Part shown: positions 56,026 through 64,000 of the stretch, in pieces | How the letters are laid out: each line of letters opens with the position of its first letter | Position numbering within the stretch: the first letter of the stretch is position 1 | From: Parcubacteria group bacterium | Lineage (GTDB): Bacteria; Patescibacteriota; Minisyncoccia; 2-02-FULL-40-12 | DNA length: 64,000 bases | Direction: 5' to 3' | Assembly: GCA_016186395.1 (NCBI GenBank) | Contig: JACPLU010000001.1 | Span: 5,036 to 69,035 of the forward strand | The notes under the pieces: generated by a model | What the model saw: the letters and a program-made list of their open reading frames with translations, nothing else | The model's database searches: none | What the model was told of the DNA's origin: nothing | Translations under genes and position numbers: made by a program

Positions 56026-56176
56026 AGAGTAGGACTATTTTTTGTTATGGAGGGAGTGCCGTTTGCCTGCTCGCCTCGCTGAAGCTCTGGCGAAGCGGGC
56101 CGGCAGGTATTCAAGATAAAAAAATCACCTGACCGGCGATTTTTTGTATAACAATGGTATGATTTAGGCCAAATTT

Positions 56177-57406
56177 TTGCTACGATTAAGAGCATGTTTA
56201 TATCTCTTAATCCAAGTGACTATTATCCCGTCATTTAAAATGAAGGTAGCTTTCATACACAACGATAAGAAATTAGGTACAGGAGCTCATTACATAAATG
56301 AGCTCCTGGCTATTAAACTTCGCGGAAGAGGGGTAGATGTCAAAAATTTCTATCCCAGAACATCTCTTATCGATCCGCCGATACATTTGAAAGGACTTTC
56401 GAATATTCTTTTCTTCTACTCCCTACTGGAAAAGAAAGATGAAATTATGCGTTTTAACTTAGTACAGGGTACGACATATACACCTCTTCCATTTCTGGCG
56501 TTTAATATTCCAGTAGTTAGCCATTTTGGCTCTACTACCAGGGGATTTTTAGAATCTACTCCTCAAGCCAAAGATTTGCTTTCAGACACGCGCCGCCTAT
56601 GGTACAGATTAAGAAAAGACCGCATCCTGTCCGAGCTTAATGTAAGATCCCGCAAACCGATGCGTGATATTGCGGATATGGAGGAGTATGTAGCTAAAAG
56701 AGCCGATGCAGTTATTGCTGTTTCTGAAAATGTGAAAAAAGAACTTGTAGAAGCCGGCGTGAGTTCGGATAAAATAACAGTGATTCACAATGCGATAGAG
56801 GATTATTGGTTTGAAAAAAGCTTAAAGCCGATAGTTTCTGATCCTGCAATAGTTTTTCTCGGTCGTCTTGGCGGTGATGCGTTTACTTTGAAATTAAAAG
56901 GCCTCGATCGCTTGGTGCATCTTTATTCCAAGTTTCCGAAAGTAAAGAAAATTACCATATGCCTTATTTCGAACAAAAAGTTAAAAAATTGGCTTAGGGT
57001 TTGGTTCGAGAGGCATCAAATGTTCGTCAATTTTAAGAAAGACCTTATTCCTAACGTAGTTGATGCACAGGCGGGGAGTATTCTTTTTATACCTTCCCGT
57101 TACGAAGGATTTTCCCTTAGTCTTATAGAGGGCATGTCGCAAGGTCTAATCCCGGTCAGTTATCGAGTCGGTGTTGCACCGGAGATAATCGTTAATGGAG
57201 AGAACGGCTTTCTTGTTTCATCTCAAGTCGAAGCCATTTCTGTTATTGAAAATATCTTAAAAAACGAGGCGCTACGCCGCAAACTTTCTGAAGGCGCATA
57301 TCAAACCTCATTTAAATTTAGGAGCGATGTTGTCGTAGATGAACTTCTGGATCTCTACTCGCGGACACTTAGAGAGTATGCCTCGACTCCAAAAAGAATT
57401 ATATAA
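56177..57406 (+). CDS. Family 4 glycosyltransferase
   Basis: C-terminal EGFSLSLIEGMSQGLIPV...GENGFLV. Confidence 0.8.
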   Translation: MLRLRACLYLLIQVTIIPSFKMKVAFIHNDKKLGTGAHYINELLAIKLRGRGVDVKNFYPRTSLIDPPIHLKGLSNILFFYSLLEKKDEIMRFNLVQGTTYTPLPFLAFNIPVVSHFGSTTRGFLESTPQAKDLLSDTRRLWYRLRKDRILSELNVRSRKPMRDIADMEEYVAKRADAVIAVSENVKKELVEAGVSSDKITVIHNAIEDYWFEKSLKPIVSDPAIVFLGRLGGDAFTLKLKGLDRLVHLYSKFPKVKKITICLISNKKLKNWLRVWFERHQMFVNFKKDLIPNVVDAQAGSILFIPSRYEGFSLSLIEGMSQGLIPVSYRVGVAPEIIVNGENGFLVSSQVEAISVIENILKNEALRRKLSEGAYQTSFKFRSDVVVDELLDLYSRTLREYASTPKRII

Positions 57407-57415
57407 ACAAACAAT

Positions 57416-57440
57416 CACTCTAGGGTGATTTTTTGTTATT
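57416..57440 (+). terminator. Rho-independent terminator
   Basis: atcac-tctagg-gtgat followed by tttttg. Confidence 0.55.
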
Positions 57441-58011
57441 TGGTAGAATAGATATAGAAATGAATAATCATGTAAACAACTTAATGAGAGATTTAGCACT
57501 CATCATCCTTAGTGTTTTTATTGCTATTATCCTTGCTAAAACTGGCGTCCTTAAAGATCTAATTACTTCAACCCAAGAAATGAGATTTATTGGAAGTTTT
57601 ATTGCCGGTATTTTCTTCGTATCTGTTTTTACCGCTGCTCCTGCCACTGTAGCTCTTGGAGAAATAGCCCAATCAAGCTCTGCAATCACGGTAGCTATTT
57701 TTGGAGGATTGGGCGCTTTAATTGGAGATCTAATAATTTTTCGCTTTGTTAAAGATAAGGTTTCGGAGCATTTTGATTATCTGATTAAAGTATCAAAATC
57801 AGAAAGATTATTCTCAATTTTTAAACTAAAGCTTTTTAGATGGATTATCCCTTTTGTGGGAGCTTTAATAATAGCCTCGCCATTGCCTGATGAAATTGGA
57901 GTGTCAATGCTTGGCCTATCAAAGATGAAAAATTCATATTTTGTTTTACTGTCATTTATTTTAAATTCAGCTGGTATATTGATAATCGGGTTAATTGCAA
58001 AATCTTTATGA
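57433..58011 (+). CDS. Hypothetical polytopic membrane protein
   Basis: 192 aa with five or six hydrophobic helices; translationally coupled to the downstream ATPase (ATGA overlap). Confidence 0.5.
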   Translation: MLFGRIDIEMNNHVNNLMRDLALIILSVFIAIILAKTGVLKDLITSTQEMRFIGSFIAGIFFVSVFTAAPATVALGEIAQSSSAITVAIFGGLGALIGDLIIFRFVKDKVSEHFDYLIKVSKSERLFSIFKLKLFRWIIPFVGALIIASPLPDEIGVSMLGLSKMKNSYFVLLSFILNSAGILIIGLIAKSL

Positions 58012-60608
58012 TTCAAAGAACTGAAAAGGAACAACCATTTTGGGCTCTGCCATTCTCAAAGGTTATTGAGATATTGGAGACGAATGATCGAGATGGTCTT
58101 TCAGAAAGCGAAGCAAAAAGAAGGTTAAAAATCTTTGGGCCTAATGTAATTGAGAAGCCTCGGCGAGCTCCCGGACTTTTTATTTTATTAAACCAGTTCA
58201 AAAGCCCGCTGATTTTGATTTTGTTGTTTGCCGGGGTTGTTACTTGGTTCATTGCTCACTACCGCGATGCACTTTTTATTTTTGCAGCCATAATTGCCAA
58301 TGCTTGGCTCGGCTTTTATCAGGAGTATAAGGCCGAGAAAGCGTTGGCGGAACTTAAAACATATCTTAAACAGAGAGCAAGAGTTATTCGCGGTGGTATT
58401 GAACGTGAAATAGATGCCGCAGAACTGGTGCCGGGGGACATTATCCATCTTGCCCAGGGAGATCGTATTTCCGCTGATGGGCGACTTATATTTGTTAACG
58501 ATCTACAGACTGACGAGGCGATACTAACAGGAGAATCTCTGCCAGTATCAAAATTGATTGATCCGGTGAACGTAGAATCATCTATTGGTGATCAGTATCC
58601 CATGGTTTTTGCTGGGACACTCGTAACCCAAGGTATGGGTACTGCCGTGATTTGTCGCACTGATTTTTCAACAGAGCTGGGGAAAATCGCAACACTGGTC
58701 GCGAAATCACAGCTGGAAGAAACTCTGTTACAAAATGCAATTAAGCGTTTTAGCGTAAAGGCCGGAATAATTTTAGGTATCTTTACGCTCATTATTTTTG
58801 CTGTAGGTATTGCTTTGGGGTATTCACGCGTGGATATGTTTTTGACATCCGTAGCAATCGCCGTTTCAGCGGTTCCCGAAGGTTTGCCTGTGGCTATGAC
58901 GGTTATCTTGGCAATAGGAGTTCAGCGGATGGCGCGGCGAAAAGGCGTTATCAGGAAGCTGATTGCAGCAGAAACACTGGGGAGTACCAGCGTCATTCTT
59001 ACTGATAAAACAGGGACATTAACTATGGCAAAAATGGAACTGAGCAAAGTGCTTCCAAACAGGGGCGTGGAAGAAAAAAACTTGCTTGAATTAGCACTCA
59101 TCAACACTAATGTCTTGATAGAAAATCCCAATGATTTGCCGTCAGATTGGCGAATCAGCGGACGAATACTAGAGACGGCATTAGTGCGATCATCCGCTCT
59201 TCGGGGTGTCTTTGTAGAAGAAGTCAAAAAAAGAACGTTAACTCTAAACTCACTTTTGTTTAATGCATCTAATAAATTTTCCGCTTCGCTTATACACGAT
59301 GGAGAGAAACACTTGTTGGTCTTTTTTGGCGCGCCAGATATTTTTATCAGCCATTCAACATTAAATGACACGGAGCGGAATGACGCTTTAAAAGAAATTA
59401 GTTCTCTTGCCGAATCCGGAGAACTTATAGTCGGAGTAGCGATAAAAGAAATTGAAAAAAAAGAAGATTTTATTTTTTCAAAAGACTTGGAGTTAACGAA
59501 TCTTGTATTCCAAGGCTTAATCACTTTGCGGGATCCTATAAGGCCGAATGTTAAAGAGGCGATCCAAAAGGTACAAGAATCCGGCATAAGAGTAGTAGTT
59601 ATGACCGGTGATCATCGCGGTACCGCCGAAGCTGTAGCCAGAGAGGTTGGCCTACGCATTGAGAAGGGGGGTATTCTTGACTCTTCAGAACTTAAGTTGC
59701 TGTCAGACGCGGACCTCAAAAAGTGTCTGCCATCTCTACGAGTTATTTCCCGCGTATCTCCGCTGGACAAAATGAGGATTGTAAAAATGTTTCAAGAAAC
59801 AGGAGAAGTTGTGGCAATGACTGGCGATGGTGTAAACGACGCGCCTAGTATCAAACAAGCTGACATCGGCATCGCTATGGGCTCGGGGACAGAGGTAGCG
59901 CGCGATGTTGCAGATCTAGTATTGCTGGACGATAATTTTGAAACCATCGCTGCCGCGGTGGAAGAAGGCCGCCAGATCATGCACAATATCCGTAAAGTTC
60001 TCGTATATCTTCTTTCTTCTGTTGCCGACGAGCTGCTTCTTATAGGCGGCGCTCTTATAACCGGCCTAGTTCTTCCGTTGAATGCGCTCCAAATTTTGTA
60101 TGTTAATTTTTTCTCTGATAGTTTTCCAGCTGTCGCATACGCTTTTGAAAAAAATATTGACGGTTTGGCTTATCGTCCCCAGAGCACAAAAACTGGCCTC
60201 TTTGATCCTATGATGAGATTCTTAGTTTTATTCATTGGCCTTTCTACGAGTGCTCTTCTGTTCGTCCTGTATTGGTTCTTGTTGCGGGCCGGTTTTCCGG
60301 AAGATGTTGTGAGAACATTTATTTTTGCTAGTTTCGGAAGTTATACATTATTTTTGGCATTTTCCCTGAAGAGTTTAGAGAAAAGCATTTTCAAGTATCC
60401 TATTTTTTCCAATCGTTATTTAGTCGGTGGTGTGAGCATTGGAATTATTTTAATGCTTTCAGCTATTTATGTTCCATTCCTGCGGTCTTTACTAAAGACA
60501 ACTCCGTTACCTTTTTACTGGCTTTTGGGAGTTATGTTGGTCGGCCTGATAAATATTCTAGCGGTTGAATTTGGGAAATGGATTTTTCGCCGTAAAAAGT
60601 CAATATAA
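58008..60608 (+). CDS. Cation-transporting P-type ATPase (type II, Ca2+/Mg2+-like)
   Basis: Phosphorylation motif DKTGTLT, TGES, MTGDGVNDAPS, ten TM helices. Confidence 0.95.
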   Translation: MIQRTEKEQPFWALPFSKVIEILETNDRDGLSESEAKRRLKIFGPNVIEKPRRAPGLFILLNQFKSPLILILLFAGVVTWFIAHYRDALFIFAAIIANAWLGFYQEYKAEKALAELKTYLKQRARVIRGGIEREIDAAELVPGDIIHLAQGDRISADGRLIFVNDLQTDEAILTGESLPVSKLIDPVNVESSIGDQYPMVFAGTLVTQGMGTAVICRTDFSTELGKIATLVAKSQLEETLLQNAIKRFSVKAGIILGIFTLIIFAVGIALGYSRVDMFLTSVAIAVSAVPEGLPVAMTVILAIGVQRMARRKGVIRKLIAAETLGSTSVILTDKTGTLTMAKMELSKVLPNRGVEEKNLLELALINTNVLIENPNDLPSDWRISGRILETALVRSSALRGVFVEEVKKRTLTLNSLLFNASNKFSASLIHDGEKHLLVFFGAPDIFISHSTLNDTERNDALKEISSLAESGELIVGVAIKEIEKKEDFIFSKDLELTNLVFQGLITLRDPIRPNVKEAIQKVQESGIRVVVMTGDHRGTAEAVAREVGLRIEKGGILDSSELKLLSDADLKKCLPSLRVISRVSPLDKMRIVKMFQETGEVVAMTGDGVNDAPSIKQADIGIAMGSGTEVARDVADLVLLDDNFETIAAAVEEGRQIMHNIRKVLVYLLSSVADELLLIGGALITGLVLPLNALQILYVNFFSDSFPAVAYAFEKNIDGLAYRPQSTKTGLFDPMMRFLVLFIGLSTSALLFVLYWFLLRAGFPEDVVRTFIFASFGSYTLFLAFSLKSLEKSIFKYPIFSNRYLVGGVSIGIILMLSAIYVPFLRSLLKTTPLPFYWLLGVMLVGLINILAVEFGKWIFRRKKSI

Positions 60609-60611
60609 GAA

Positions 60612-61073
60612 GTGAGACGGTCTTACTCTTTTCAAAAATTGGCAGCTACTTTTCTAAATGCGATAATTAGGGTCAGAATTTGTAATAAAATGTTTAAGAA
60701 GCTTTTCTCAATATTTATAGCCAGTTTCCTGTTGAATTTAGTTTGGGAAAATCTCCATTCATATCTGTATATCCATTATAAGGCAGGAGAAATAACCCAA
60801 CTCATATTATTGCGAGCTACATTGTTTGACGCGCTTTTTATAACACTTTTAGCCATACTATTTATTAAGTTCGCCTATTTTAAAGATAGGAAATGGTATG
60901 CATTATCGATTGGTGTTGTCTTTGCGATTTTAATAGAGTTATCTGCTTTGAAAACCGGCCGGTGGGCATATAGTGAATTTATGCCCATTATCCCACTGAT
61001 AAATACTGGCTTAACACCGACCATTCAACTTGGCATTTTGTCGTATTTAGTTTTTAAGCGGCAGATAAAATAG
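60612..61073 (+). CDS. Hypothetical membrane protein
   Basis: 153 aa, four hydrophobic segments. Confidence 0.45.
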   Translation: MRRSYSFQKLAATFLNAIIRVRICNKMFKKLFSIFIASFLLNLVWENLHSYLYIHYKAGEITQLILLRATLFDALFITLLAILFIKFAYFKDRKWYALSIGVVFAILIELSALKTGRWAYSEFMPIIPLINTGLTPTIQLGILSYLVFKRQIK

Positions 61074-61181
61074 AGAACCCACCAAAAATTTATTAGCGTA
61101 AATCCAAATCAGTCTAAGTGGCGGGCTTAGATCAGGTTGCTGGACTGACAAAAGATCACTCTAATAAATATAAATAAACTT

Positions 61182-61964
61182 ATGAAATATTTTAGTATTT
61201 TGGAGCCGCCGTCAAAAGAAGCAATTCAAGAATTTGCCGAAAAAAGAAATCTTGCCGAATATTTGACGGAAGCCTATCAACATCCACAGGAAGATTTTTT
61301 GATTGCTTTTGGTTCACCTCTTGTTTTTGTTGTTTCTGACGGAGTTACTCTGAATTTTATGAAGTTTATTGAAAGTAACATAAACTATCCAAGTCCTTCT
61401 CCTGCCGGTGATGTTTCTAGGATATTTTGTGAAGCGGTTGTTAAATATACAAAGGAGAGGTACGAGGCATTTAATGAAAAAGACGTGGTTGATGTTTTTA
61501 AATATGCCAACAGTGAAGTTGGTAAGTATAATCAGAAGGTTGGAAAGACAGAAGTTTCGGGCAACATCACTGGTTATTATGCTGCTACTGGATCGTTTGT
61601 GATTGTTAAGGAAAGTTTGGCATACTGGGCTTCTATCTGCGATTCATTTGTTGCCCATTTTGACAAAGAGATGAATTTGAAATTTATGTCTTCAGGATTA
61701 TGTGAACCATACGCAGTTATTAATGGCGAGAAACAAATGGTTGACTATATTGAAAGGGGAGTTTTAGATCTTGAGAAGGAAGATCGTATATTTATATTTA
61801 CGGATGGTTTTGAACATTACATGAAAAATCCCTATTTTTTAGGATTATTTAAAGAGTGGGATGAAAATATTAAAAGTTGTATTATAGACTTTTCTAAGGA
61901 AATGAATCAAAAGAATCCTGGAAAATACGGTCACGAACGTTCGCTGATAGCAGTTTTGTTTTAG
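61182..61964 (+). CDS. Hypothetical protein; weak PP2C-phosphatase-like motifs
   Basis: LVFVVSDGV and RIFIFTDGFEHY resemble PP2C metal-binding motifs, but the Gly-rich elements are absent. Confidence 0.35.
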   Translation: MKYFSILEPPSKEAIQEFAEKRNLAEYLTEAYQHPQEDFLIAFGSPLVFVVSDGVTLNFMKFIESNINYPSPSPAGDVSRIFCEAVVKYTKERYEAFNEKDVVDVFKYANSEVGKYNQKVGKTEVSGNITGYYAATGSFVIVKESLAYWASICDSFVAHFDKEMNLKFMSSGLCEPYAVINGEKQMVDYIERGVLDLEKEDRIFIFTDGFEHYMKNPYFLGLFKEWDENIKSCIIDFSKEMNQKNPGKYGHERSLIAVLF

Positions 61965-61993
61965 ACTAAATTAAAAACGTTAAAGCACTAATA

Positions 61994-64000
61994 ATGAAAG
62001 AACATACACAAAAAATGGAAGTTCAGAGTCAAGAAGCTGATTCTTTTAATAATATAAACCCACCGCCAACTAAGATAGAAGACGTTGTTGAAAAAGTGGG
62101 TGAACACTTGATACATGATTCATATAGATGGTTGGAAGATTCGGATAGCGAAGAAACTCAGAGTTGGATTAGGGTTCAAAATGAATATCTGGATAAATCT
62201 TTGCGGGGCAAAACATTTGAAGTCTTTTTTACTGAACTGACTAAGAGTTTTAGGGTAGTTAATTTTTCAACTCCAATTATGCGTAAGGGCAAGTATTTTT
62301 TTAGTGAACGACAACCTGGTGAAGATCATCATGCCGTTTGGTATAGGAAAAGTTTAGATAGTGAGCCGATTAAACTTGTCGACCCAAATGGTATGAATGA
62401 AACTAACACTGTTTCAGTTGACGGTTGGAGTATTTCAAAAAGTGGTAAATATCTGGTGTATGGTTTATCAGAAGGTGGCAAAGAAATGGCCACTCTGCAT
62501 TTAAAAGATGTCGAGACTAATACTGAGCTTCCTGATCAGATAGAGAGATGTCGGTTTTCTCGCGTTCAGTGGTTGTCGGATGATTCAGGTTTTTATTACA
62601 TGCGAAATCCTCATCCAGGTTCAGTATCTAAAAATGAAGAATATATGCATCAAAAAATATATTTTCACAAATTAGGTGATAATCCGGATGATGATGTACT
62701 AATTTTCGGTAAAGATCGTCCCAAAGATGATATGCTTGGTTTTTCTCTTTCAGTTGATGGAAGATATTTGTGTATTCATGTTTCTCAAAATTGGCATGAG
62801 AACGAATTGTATATTTATGATAGGCAAACAGAAACTACTACCCAGTTAGTTACTGGTATCCATGCAAAGTTTCAACTTGTTTTTCTTATAGATAGGGTGA
62901 TTATCAAAACAAACTATAGGGCAAATAATAAACGAGTACTATGGGTACCGTTGGGAAAACTTCTAACCCCAATTGACGATTGGGAAGAGTTAATTCCTGA
63001 ACAGGAATACTTGTTAGAAAGTGTGGGCGTTACTAAGAGTAAGCTTATTATTGAGTATTCTGTAAATGCATGTTCCAAGCTTAGCATTTTTAATCACGAC
63101 GGTATTAAACAAGAGGAAGTTCCAATACCGGAGTATGCGTCTCTTGTTAGTTTATCCGGTAATATAGACGAAGAAGAATTTTTTTATGGGGTAGACTCGT
63201 TTACGTTTCCAAAAATAGAGTATAGATACGATCCAAAGAAAAAAGACTTTGAAGAATTTAGAAGAGTAGAGAATCCAGTTAATCCAGATAACTATGTGGT
63301 TAAACAAGAATGGTTTAATTCAAAGGACGGAGTTAGCGTTCCCCTTTTTATTGTTTATAGAAAAGATGTTTCTGGAATTCATCCAACTGTTTTGTACGGT
63401 TATGGGGGGTTTTCTTTATCGAAGAACCCCGCGTTTATGAGAAGTTGGATACCTTGGATTAAGCGTGGTGGTGTTTTTGCTGTGGCTAATATACGAGGTG
63501 GTGGTGAATTTGGCGAACAATGGCATGAGGAAGGAATAAAGGAAAAAAAACAAAATTCATTTAACGACTTTATTTCGGCAGCAGAGCATCTTATCAAAAA
63601 AGGTTACACTGATTCAGACCATCTGGGTATCGTGGGCGGTAGTAATGGCGGGTTGCTTGTTTCGGCTGTAGAGGTCCAACGGCCTGAATTATTCAAAGCG
63701 GTTTGTTCTCAAGTGCCACTGACTGATATGGTCAGATTTCCACAGTTTGGTATAGCTATTCGCTGGATTCCTGAATACGGTGATCCTAAGAAAAAAGAAG
63801 AGTTAGAAAATATTTTAAAATGGAGTCCGTATCATAATGTAAAAGAAGGTGTTGAATATCCAGCTACGTTATTTACTACTGCAGAAAATGATACTCGAGT
63901 AAATCCGCTTCATGCTAGAAAGATGGCGGCATTGTTTCAGTCGGTGAATAAGAAAAATAATGTATTTATTTTTTCAGAAATAGAGGCTGGTCATGGTCCG
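61994..64000 (+). CDS. Prolyl oligopeptidase (S9A family), 3'-partial (runs off the window end)
   Basis: N-terminal beta-propeller region plus catalytic domain with GGSNGGLLV (the GxSxGG serine motif). The reading frame is open to position 64000. Confidence 0.85.
   Translation, partial: MKEHTQKMEVQSQEADSFNNINPPPTKIEDVVEKVGEHLIHDSYRWLEDSDSEETQSWIRVQNEYLDKSLRGKTFEVFFTELTKSFRVVNFSTPIMRKGKYFFSERQPGEDHHAVWYRKSLDSEPIKLVDPNGMNETNTVSVDGWSISKSGKYLVYGLSEGGKEMATLHLKDVETNTELPDQIERCRFSRVQWLSDDSGFYYMRNPHPGSVSKNEEYMHQKIYFHKLGDNPDDDVLIFGKDRPKDDMLGFSLSVDGRYLCIHVSQNWHENELYIYDRQTETTTQLVTGIHAKFQLVFLIDRVIIKTNYRANNKRVLWVPLGKLLTPIDDWEELIPEQEYLLESVGVTKSKLIIEYSVNACSKLSIFNHDGIKQEEVPIPEYASLVSLSGNIDEEEFFYGVDSFTFPKIEYRYDPKKKDFEEFRRVENPVNPDNYVVKQEWFNSKDGVSVPLFIVYRKDVSGIHPTVLYGYGGFSLSKNPAFMRSWIPWIKRGGVFAVANIRGGGEFGEQWHEEGIKEKKQNSFNDFISAAEHLIKKGYTDSDHLGIVGGSNGGLLVSAVEVQRPELFKAVCSQVPLTDMVRFPQFGIAIRWIPEYGDPKKKEELENILKWSPYHNVKEGVEYPATLFTTAENDTRVNPLHARKMAALFQSVNKKNNVFIFSEIEAGHGP

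Overview
This is an AT-rich (about 35-38% GC), gene-dense bacterial chromosomal segment. Its gene content and operon layout look like a reduced-genome Patescibacteria/CPR-type organism, but no similarity search was possible. I could support five groups of genes from the sequence. (1) Cell division and housekeeping: HIT hydrolase, rpsU, a GatB/YqeY-domain protein, ybeY, ftsA, ftsZ, class II ribonucleotide reductase nrdJ (frameshifted), ComEC split into two ORFs, and ndk. (2) A convergent block: an ECF-type sigma factor, tRNA-Pro(GGG) plus a 3' tRNA fragment, rpmB, and a site-2 protease. (3) A nearly complete str-S10-spc ribosomal cluster running rpsL-rpsG-fusA-tuf-rpsJ-rplCDWB-rpsS-rplV-rpsC-rplP-rpmC-rpsQ-rplNXE-rpsZ-rpsH-rplFR-rpsE-rplO-secY-adk-map. 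No L30 gene is present, and the infA-rpmJ-rpsM-rpsK-rpsD-rpoA-rplQ continuation is missing. (4) Envelope and sugar genes (GT2, galT, DedA, WbaP-like sugar transferase, three GT4 enzymes), glycolysis (tpiA, pgk), an NrnA-like DHH phosphoesterase, RNase HI, RNase P RNA, lepA, an FtsB-like protein, murB, prfB with its classic +1 frameshift, ftsEX, tRNA-Gly/Thr/Gln, a P-type ATPase, and a 3'-partial prolyl oligopeptidase. (5) The most unusual aspect is non-coding. The ribosomal operons and other loci are broken up at almost every gene junction by members of four short AT-rich hairpin-repeat families. These repeats sometimes supply the start or stop codons of flanking genes, and sometimes sit in-frame inside genes. 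There is also a roughly 200-bp MITE-like element with 19-bp terminal inverted repeats and a swappable central hairpin cassette (two full inverted copies, one deletion derivative, one end-fragment, and a related palindromic core upstream of tRNA-Thr). Further structured or regulatory inserts include a palindrome plus Phd-like small ORF between fusA and tuf, a 570-bp insert between rpsJ and rplC, and an IR-flanked insert between rplR and rpsE. Degenerate tRNA remnants lie next to intact tRNAs. All calls come from reading motifs in the provided translations and the raw sequence.
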